Source: Methanobacteriota archaeon
GTDB lineage: Archaea; Thermoplasmatota; Thermoplasmata; SG8-5; JAGLSY01
DNA: 64,000 nucleotides
Assembly: GCA_020697715.1 (NCBI GenBank)
Contig: JAEHCO010000001.1
Coordinates: 714,149 to 778,148 of the forward strand
Direction of reading: 5' to 3'
In this document: in pieces, positions 56,842-64,000 of the stretch
How positions within the stretch are numbered: the first letter of the stretch is position 1
Layout: the number at the start of each line of letters is the position of its first letter
Notes under the pieces: model-generated
The model's input: the letters and a program-made list of their open reading frames with translations, nothing else
Databases searched by the model: none
Told to the model about the DNA's origin: nothing
Position numbers and translations under genes: made by a program

Positions 56842-59800
56842 ATCAAAAAATGACCTCAATAGTGATAGTGTGTGCGATGCTGTTGATGGGAATAACCATC
56901 AACATAGACAGTGGCGCCCAAGGGGCCTTCGTGAACTACCAGTCCGTACCATGGGACAGTAACTTCACACCATTGGATTCCGCATGGGATCCAGCCGGAG
57001 ACAATTGTATCGTTGTAGGCAATGATACGTCAGGACTACAGTCAAGTGCCTGGCATTATTATGAGCCTACGGACACTTGGTCTCAGATATCTGAGGCCGG
57101 TGGTTATATGTCAACACCTGGCAATTATGCTGAGAATCAGAACTCTGGAATTTCTTATCCAACTATCCAGGGTGCTATCGACGCGGCCAATGAGGGTGAT
57201 ACCATCGAGGTATGGGCAGGTTCATATACTGAGAATATTGCCGTTGGCATTCCCCTTACCTTGGAGGGAAATGGAAGTTACAACACCGTTATTGACGGCG
57301 CTGGTGCAGGTAATGTCGTCACAATATCAGTAGATGGTGTTGAGTTCAGTGGTTTCACGGTCACTAATTCCGGAGCAGGGAATTCTGGGATATTGCTGTT
57401 CAATTCGGACAATAGCCAGATACATAACAATACTGCTGAGGGAAATGGTTATGGGATACGCCTTGAGGGTTCATCCAACAATATCATTAGGGATAATGAT
57501 GTGGAGAACAATGATGTTGGAATGATAACCACTGACAGTCCAGAGATAAAGAAGATGGTCGGCATAACAGGTTATGGGGGTATGGGCTATGGTACTATGT
57601 TCGACATGGACCCATCTGGAGATAATTATGAAGTTGTACGTTCTTTCACCCCTGCATATGAAGATGGATACAGTCCGCAATTTGGGAAATTGACACAGGA
57701 TATCTTTGATCCCAGTATCCTGTTCGGTATGACGGCAAATGGTGGAACATATAATGAGGGGGTCATTTACAAGGTTCGCACCGATGGATCTGATTATGAG
57801 ATCCTACATGAGTTCAATGGGGGCACGACAGATGGAGGACGTCCATATGATGCCACCCTCCTTCAGATAGGCTCCACTCTTTATGGAATGACCTATGATG
57901 GAGGGATTTCTGATGCTGGAGTAATATTCTCGATCGAAAGAGATGGTACTGGTTTTGACATATTGCATGAATTCTCTACAGGGGCTGGTGGAAATAGTCC
58001 CCGAGGCAGTTTGACATATGATGGCATCAGGCTATACGGAATGACGTATTATGGAGGGGCTGTCTTCAATTATGGTGTTATCTTCTCGATGAACTTGGAT
58101 GGAAGTGCATATACCGTCCTGCGCAGTTTTTCAGCTCCAGATGGAGAATATCCATACGGTAGTTTGATACTGGATATGACTACCGGAACCTCCTTGTTCG
58201 GCATGGCCAGAGTAGGGGGTAGTGGCTATGGGACTATCTTCAGGATCAGTACAGATGGCAGTAGCTTCAATGTCCTGCACACTTTCACAGCACTATCAAC
58301 AGACGGACGCTATCCATATGGTTCTCTGATCCAGGATGGGCTGACCCTTTATGGAATGACGTACCAGGGTGGCAATGCTCTTGGTAATGATGGGTGTGTT
58401 TTTAAGATCCAAACAGATGGTAGTGGATTCACCCTCTTGCACAGCTTTTCAACCTCGGGAGGAGGCTACTATCCATATGGTGATCTGGTGCAAAGCGGCG
58501 GCATGCTTTACGGTATGACGCGCTACGCCACAGGAGGGACTGGAATGATATTTGGAGTAAGCACTGATGGATTAACATACAACACACTGCATACCTTCAC
58601 GAATTCACCAGATGGAGCTTACCCATATGGTGGTCTAATACTGGATGGGGCAACCCTTTACGGAGCAACAGGCAATGGAGGCCTGAACTACGGAGCACTG
58701 TTCAAGATAAACACGGACAGCAGTGGCTATTCTATAATTCATAATTTCGATGGTGTCGAGCATGAAGGAACAAAGCCATCTGGTCGCATGGTGCAAGATG
58801 GGAACACCTTGTATGGAGTTACTGAAGATGGTGGAGCTTATGGTTATGGAACCTTCTACAAGATAAACACGGACTACACGGGTTATACCATCCTGCATAA
58901 TTTCGATTATAATACAGAGGGTTATCCATATGCCAGTAGTGTCATTCAGGTAGGCTCGACATTCTACGGAATGCTTTATGAAGGGAACACGGATGATCAA
59001 GGAAGCCTTTACAAGATAAATGCAGATGGCACTGGATTCACTATCCTTCGTGATTTCGAGGATTGGGATGGAAGCTACCCATCCGGTTATTTAGCCTACA
59101 GCGACCCATACCTTTACGGCATGACAGAGAGCGGAGGCATGTGGGGCGAAGGGGTCTTGTACAGATTACGAACAGATGGGACGGATTTCTCTGTAATGGC
59201 TGAATTCGAATATGGTTCAGGATCACCGGCCTATCCATATTTCAATGGATTGGTCGATGGTGGATCGGTCATGTATGGATTTTCTCAAAATGGAGGGATC
59301 TTCAGCAGGGGATGTATATTCAGCATTGATAAGACAACATGGTTCATGGATGTTCTTTACAGCTTCACTGGCGATGTTGATGGAAGCTATCCTCATGGAG
59401 TTCCGATATTGGATGGCGGATACTTGTACGGGACAGCATCCAGTGATGGAGATGTTGTTGCGAATGATGGTACAATATTCAGAATAAACACCGATGGTAC
59501 CAATTTCGTGGTCCTTCATACTTTCCTTCCTGTTGATGGATCGAACCCATACCAAGGGCTGGCACTAGATGGCAATGAGCTCTATGGGATGACCGGTAAT
59601 GGAGGAGCATTCAATGATGGTACAATATTCAAAATGGATAAGGATACAACTACATTCACGGTCCTTCATGAGTTTTCGAGCAATCCAGATGGAAGAAATC
59701 CTAATTATAATGATATCACTGTGGTCGTAATTCCAGCAGCTCAATCCATGGGCAACCTCATCTACCACAATAATTTCATTGATAATACCCAGCAGGCACA

Positions 59801-61898
59801 GGATGATCTCATTCCACCACCGGCCAACTCATGGCATAATGGATTCGCAGATGGTGGGAACTACTGGAGTGATTATGGAGGAATTGACCTGACAGCAGAT
59901 GGAATTGGTGATACAAGCTATCCGATACCTGGCATTGCTTCAGCTTCTGATATCTGGCCCTGGATGAGGGCGGATGGCTGGAAACTGCCATACACGTCCT
60001 TCACCTCAGTTGCGTGGGACGATGTCAATGAGAGATTCTGGCTCTGTGGTGAAGTTTCCACTGATGCTCAGAGCTGTATCTATTATATTCAGAACGGCAC
60101 CTTTGATTCGATGGTGGCTATAGAACCACCACCATTCACCGTGACGGCCTTAGCACCTGACAATTTGGGTAATATCTTGTTAGCAGGGAACAATCTTGAT
60201 TCCATGTTCTATTTCGATCCGATAGCTATTGCCGCATATCCTGTGACCGAGATAGGCACAGGCAAGATGTGGGGCTGGAATATCACAGACATTACTTTCA
60301 ATCCTAATGATAACAGGTTCTATGTGGTCGGCAATCAGATGAATCAGGACAAGGGTGTGGCCTTCCACACGGATACCATTCCACTTGATTCAGGGTCTGA
60401 TAATTGCTATTTGGACACATCCGCATTCATCAGCACACCTCCAGGTAAATTGAAGTCAATTGAATGGAACCCTGCCAGAGACTATGCACTTGTCGTAGGG
60501 GATGGCATTTACAGAATGGATTACTATGATGGCAATCCTGGATATGAACTGACATGGTCCGAGATTGACGCAGGTTCCGCTGGTATCACTTACAGTGATG
60601 TTTCCTGGGATACTGATGGATGGAATGAGGCGGCCATATCGGGTGACGATAATACATTCGGATCCTATTGGAGATATTATCACACCAATCCTCAACTCCA
60701 GCTTGGGTTCACCAATGGAACCGCTAGTACGGGATACAGCACTTGTGCGATGAAGCCACCATCAAGTCCAAAATGGGGCCTTATACTCGGTGGCTCTGGT
60801 GCATTGCAGATCAATATTGAAGAACTGGATCAGAGCTCTACGGTATCGACCAGCTCAATAAATCCGAATTTGTACTGGGTGGGATTCAATGATACTGCTA
60901 TGAATCCTATGAACAACCAGGTCATCAACCCGGATTCATCATTCTACATAACCTTCGAAGGAAATTACAGTGGAGGATGGGACCAATTGGCCATGGAGAT
61001 CGACATGTGGTATGATTTCGGTTTCACCGGTACCAATTCTATATATCCTGTGGAGACTGAATTCAACAGGAACAAGGCCTTTAGTCTGACATATATTCCA
61101 GCCACTTCATCGTGTTCTGTCAATTATCCGAATGGTCCTATCATGGAATTCCAGACAGGTTCGATCACAGATATTGTCTCTATACCACATCCTACCATGC
61201 CAACACATTCCACACATAGGGTGGAGATCGAGATCCTGCTTGGGGCGCAGATGTTCGCGGCCGATGGCAGTGGTTCAATGGGTATTGGTCCCGATTATCA
61301 TTCGGATCCGAATATAGCACTTGACAGGGCCAATACCTGGGACTTCAATGTCACCATGATGGATGTGGGCGACCCAACCAAATTCAACTGCACATATGGG
61401 GAATTTGGTGTGAACAAGGCTATCTCCATATCCATAACTGGAAATCCAGGTGCCGAAGGTACACCAGGTACGAACGGCGTATACCTTGGCTCCAATACCA
61501 TCGAGTATTCGACCAATACCGATTACTGGGTCAATGTCTCGATACCTAATCTTTACTTATATGGCAATGAGGCCAGTCCTTACTTCATATCTGCGGATAA
61601 ACTGCAGGTGGAGAATACCAATGGACTATCTTACTTGCCATTGGTATCTGACATTGATGCTGCGACATATTTCTCGGGTCCTGACCTGAAATGGTGTGTG
61701 TGGGGCAGTTCTGCTGGAGGAGCATTACAAGCTCCCGGTAATGGAACGACAGCTCATGGACCTTGGGGTTCGAACTATAACAATTATGGCAGCGGAGATG
61801 GGTCCACGACTGTGGAATGGTACGTGGATCTTCCAGGGGCACTGGTCGCTGGCACTTATGAAGCGACCATATCATATTCGATAGAGACGGAGGGATGA
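56838..61898 (+). CDS. Secreted scaffold-family surface protein 3 (NosD-like beta-helix containing 14 Gloeo_Verruco-type repeats)
   Basis: TIQGAID....GDTI.V..G.Y.E, 14 x LYGMT..GG...G.IF....DG.....LH.F, IYHNNF...GGNYWSDY...DGIGD and the shared C-terminus. Confidence 0.88.
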   Translation: MNQKMTSIVIVCAMLLMGITINIDSGAQGAFVNYQSVPWDSNFTPLDSAWDPAGDNCIVVGNDTSGLQSSAWHYYEPTDTWSQISEAGGYMSTPGNYAENQNSGISYPTIQGAIDAANEGDTIEVWAGSYTENIAVGIPLTLEGNGSYNTVIDGAGAGNVVTISVDGVEFSGFTVTNSGAGNSGILLFNSDNSQIHNNTAEGNGYGIRLEGSSNNIIRDNDVENNDVGMITTDSPEIKKMVGITGYGGMGYGTMFDMDPSGDNYEVVRSFTPAYEDGYSPQFGKLTQDIFDPSILFGMTANGGTYNEGVIYKVRTDGSDYEILHEFNGGTTDGGRPYDATLLQIGSTLYGMTYDGGISDAGVIFSIERDGTGFDILHEFSTGAGGNSPRGSLTYDGIRLYGMTYYGGAVFNYGVIFSMNLDGSAYTVLRSFSAPDGEYPYGSLILDMTTGTSLFGMARVGGSGYGTIFRISTDGSSFNVLHTFTALSTDGRYPYGSLIQDGLTLYGMTYQGGNALGNDGCVFKIQTDGSGFTLLHSFSTSGGGYYPYGDLVQSGGMLYGMTRYATGGTGMIFGVSTDGLTYNTLHTFTNSPDGAYPYGGLILDGATLYGATGNGGLNYGALFKINTDSSGYSIIHNFDGVEHEGTKPSGRMVQDGNTLYGVTEDGGAYGYGTFYKINTDYTGYTILHNFDYNTEGYPYASSVIQVGSTFYGMLYEGNTDDQGSLYKINADGTGFTILRDFEDWDGSYPSGYLAYSDPYLYGMTESGGMWGEGVLYRLRTDGTDFSVMAEFEYGSGSPAYPYFNGLVDGGSVMYGFSQNGGIFSRGCIFSIDKTTWFMDVLYSFTGDVDGSYPHGVPILDGGYLYGTASSDGDVVANDGTIFRINTDGTNFVVLHTFLPVDGSNPYQGLALDGNELYGMTGNGGAFNDGTIFKMDKDTTTFTVLHEFSSNPDGRNPNYNDITVVVIPAAQSMGNLIYHNNFIDNTQQAQDDLIPPPANSWHNGFADGGNYWSDYGGIDLTADGIGDTSYPIPGIASASDIWPWMRADGWKLPYTSFTSVAWDDVNERFWLCGEVSTDAQSCIYYIQNGTFDSMVAIEPPPFTVTALAPDNLGNILLAGNNLDSMFYFDPIAIAAYPVTEIGTGKMWGWNITDITFNPNDNRFYVVGNQMNQDKGVAFHTDTIPLDSGSDNCYLDTSAFISTPPGKLKSIEWNPARDYALVVGDGIYRMDYYDGNPGYELTWSEIDAGSAGITYSDVSWDTDGWNEAAISGDDNTFGSYWRYYHTNPQLQLGFTNGTASTGYSTCAMKPPSSPKWGLILGGSGALQINIEELDQSSTVSTSSINPNLYWVGFNDTAMNPMNNQVINPDSSFYITFEGNYSGGWDQLAMEIDMWYDFGFTGTNSIYPVETEFNRNKAFSLTYIPATSSCSVNYPNGPIMEFQTGSITDIVSIPHPTMPTHSTHRVEIEILLGAQMFAADGSGSMGIGPDYHSDPNIALDRANTWDFNVTMMDVGDPTKFNCTYGEFGVNKAISISITGNPGAEGTPGTNGVYLGSNTIEYSTNTDYWVNVSIPNLYLYGNEASPYFISADKLQVENTNGLSYLPLVSDIDAATYFSGPDLKWCVWGSSAGGALQAPGNGTTAHGPWGSNYNNYGSGDGSTTVEWYVDLPGALVAGTYEATISYSIETEG

Positions 61899-64000
61899 AA
61901 ATGAGAACTAAATTAACCTCAATTTTGATCGTGAGCGCGATGTTGTTGATGGCCTTTAGCATCAACATAGACATGAATGCTCATGGGGCATTCATAAACA
62001 CTCTGTCCGGAAATGGACTGAACCCGAATTTCATCCCACTAGATACGGAATGGAACACAGAGGGGACCATGGCAGTGGTGGTTGGCCAGGATGTTACAAA
62101 TGGACCAAATGCATACATGTATTGGCCGCATAATGACACCTATTTCCCCATATCGAACTATGTGCCTGGCCAGATACTGATGGGAGTGGATTGTTACAGC
62201 GAACCTGTGTACAATAACACACAATCAGCCCCAGCCTCGACCGTACTTCTGGTTGACGCGGACTGCGCTAATGATGGATTGGTAACACTGTATGATGATC
62301 CTCTGGTGAACCAGGGCTACAGTGTGACCATATGGGATGTATATGGAACCAATGGCCCGGCCGAGGGAAAACCCCAGGATACGGATATGTCCAGCTATGA
62401 CCTGGTTGTGTGGATACCCAGCAGGGACACACAGGGGCCGCCGGTCTATAGTGGTGGAGAGACCTTTGACAGTACTGATCAGAATGAGGTCGGAAATTAT
62501 CTAGATGGTGGAGGAAATTTCTTCCTTTCCAATATCTATTGGTCCTCCTATCTACCTTTCGCAATGCCTTACAGTCTTGGTGAATTCACATACGATTACC
62601 TGGGACTTAGCGGTATATCCAACACTGGCTCCAATAGGGAGAACGCTGTAATGGGAAATACCGGAGATTCTCAGTTCGATGGGTTCGGAACAGCGTACCT
62701 GGATTGGAACCTGGGAAACTGGGGTGGAACGAATCCATTCCAGTCCGATGAGCCAACTGTCGGAAATGGGGAGATCTGTGCTTATATTGGATGGGATATG
62801 CCACCTCTCGATTGGGGAAATGGCGGGGTCAAGTATGATGCAGGAACCTTCAAGTCCATGTTCATGGGATTCCCTGTTGAAACACTACAACCAGCAGATG
62901 CAGATGATTTCTGGGCAAGAGTGGGAGATTTCTTTGAATTATCTGGTGGTGGTGATCTCACGAACTTCGCAATGTTAAATCCCTCACAGGATAACACCAT
63001 TTATGAAGAAGATACAAGCTACAGCAATGGTGCCGGGCAATACATCTTTACTGGAATGAATTCAGGCTCTGATATTAGAAGAGCTCTTGTTCAATTTGAC
63101 CTGGAGGGATCTCTGCCTGAAGGCTCGACCTTAACTGGTGCAGCCCTTTATCTATACTGTAGCTGGTCCGAGATGCCAGGAAACGAAGCGGTCAGCCTTC
63201 ATGCCCTACAGGAAGATTGGGGCGAAGGGATCTCAGATGCTAATCCAAATGAGGAATATGGAACCAGTGCGGCCATTGGAGATGCAACATGGAACCATAG
63301 ATATTATTCCTCAACCTTTTGGGCAAGTCCGGGTGGAGAATATGATCCGTCATCCAGTGCTATAACTACCGTGGGAGTTGCTGGTTCTTATTATGTCTGG
63401 ACATCTGCACAAATGAAAACAGATGTGCAAAATTGGATAGATAATCCAGAACAGAATAATGGATGGATGGTCAGAGGAAATGAGGGTATGATGGAAACTG
63501 CAAAAGGTTTCAGCAGTGTGAACAATAGCGATTCATCTACCATTCCGATCCTAGTTTTGGAATACACAAATCCCTTCACTCAAGAAGTGGTAATCGAATC
63601 AGATAGGGATAATGGTATGTTCTCCGAGGATCCAGACCAGAGCAATGGTGCCGGGGAGGCCATGCGTGCTGGTGCCAACAGTGTGGATGATGTAAGAAGA
63701 GGTCTGATCCACTTTGATGTAGCTGGCAATGTACCAGCAGATTCAATCATAAGCTATTCTGACCTGCAGATGACATGCAGGCGAGATGCGGATGGCTCTT
63801 CAAGGACCTACACTCTGCAGAGAATGACCAATGACTGGGGCGAAGGAATATCGGACGATGGAGGCTTTACAGCTTCCGGCAATGCTGAAGCTGAAGATGC
63901 CACATGGGACTACAATTTCTACTCCTATTCCAATTGGGGCACACCTGGTGGGGATTTCGATCCCACAATAGTATCTTCTCAGATCGTCACTAGCAGTGGA
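61895..64000 (+). CDS. Secreted scaffold-family surface protein 4 (partial; alpha/beta domain plus two DNRLRE-like domains)
   Basis: Not in the ORF track. Manual translation gives a signal peptide like protein 3, F.PLD..W...G..AVVVG, VLLVDAD...YDLVVW...YLDGGG, and twice DN...SNGAG...RR.L..FD...WGEG. ATG 61895 overlaps the previous stop (alternative 61901). Confidence 0.85.
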   Translation, partial: MKMRTKLTSILIVSAMLLMAFSINIDMNAHGAFINTLSGNGLNPNFIPLDTEWNTEGTMAVVVGQDVTNGPNAYMYWPHNDTYFPISNYVPGQILMGVDCYSEPVYNNTQSAPASTVLLVDADCANDGLVTLYDDPLVNQGYSVTIWDVYGTNGPAEGKPQDTDMSSYDLVVWIPSRDTQGPPVYSGGETFDSTDQNEVGNYLDGGGNFFLSNIYWSSYLPFAMPYSLGEFTYDYLGLSGISNTGSNRENAVMGNTGDSQFDGFGTAYLDWNLGNWGGTNPFQSDEPTVGNGEICAYIGWDMPPLDWGNGGVKYDAGTFKSMFMGFPVETLQPADADDFWARVGDFFELSGGGDLTNFAMLNPSQDNTIYEEDTSYSNGAGQYIFTGMNSGSDIRRALVQFDLEGSLPEGSTLTGAALYLYCSWSEMPGNEAVSLHALQEDWGEGISDANPNEEYGTSAAIGDATWNHRYYSSTFWASPGGEYDPSSSAITTVGVAGSYYVWTSAQMKTDVQNWIDNPEQNNGWMVRGNEGMMETAKGFSSVNNSDSSTIPILVLEYTNPFTQEVVIESDRDNGMFSEDPDQSNGAGEAMRAGANSVDDVRRGLIHFDVAGNVPADSIISYSDLQMTCRRDADGSSRTYTLQRMTNDWGEGISDDGGFTASGNAEAEDATWDYNFYSYSNWGTPGGDFDPTIVSSQIVTSSG

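Noticed and set aside
54440-59730. Kelch and Gloeo_Verruco repeats considered as DNA repeats or DGR template/variable repeats
   Set aside because: Repeats are degenerate at the nucleotide level, I saw no adenine-specific pair, and there is no reverse transcriptase in the window.
1-64000. Many 60-220 aa ORFs antisense to or nested in identified genes; also searched for tRNA, rRNA, CRISPR, transposases and inteins
   Set aside because: The nested ORFs are shadow frames without motifs. None of the RNA or mobile features was recognised by eye, so divergent examples could have been missed.

Overview
Archaeal chromosomal window. It carries radA, dph5, a Trm5-like methyltransferase, RaSEA, the rpl1-rpl10(P0)-rpl12 operon, ATP-dependent DNA ligase, ABCE1 and purS/purL. 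Gene content suggests a Thermoplasmatota lineage (inference, not a database result). I found no rRNA, tRNA, CRISPR array or transposase. From 1 to 50 kb, housekeeping genes are interspersed with accessory genes: four GNATs, an SDR, YdeI, a PadR-ABC exporter operon, the uncharacterised radical-SAM/DUF4130 pair, a PD-(D/E)XK-like orphan, LemA/TPM, a CDF transporter, DUF368 and a surface phospholipase D. From 50.4 to 64 kb lies a tandem array of at least 4 large secreted paralogues. They share an N-terminal beta-propeller scaffold and (in the three complete members) a C-terminal pilin/WxL-like region, but each carries different cargo domains inserted at the same scaffold position. The intergenic DNA is rich in structure: (1) an unannotated 32-aa CxxC..CxxC micro-ORF under a mutually exclusive SD/anti-SD hairpin switch; (2) a ~63-nt repeated 3'-UTR element in two copies 14 kb apart; (3) several multi-helix 3' elements; (4) an L1-binding-type leader hairpin; (5) a triple palindromic PadR operator; (6) a 23-aa bridging micro-ORF. 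Family assignments come from motif recognition by eye.
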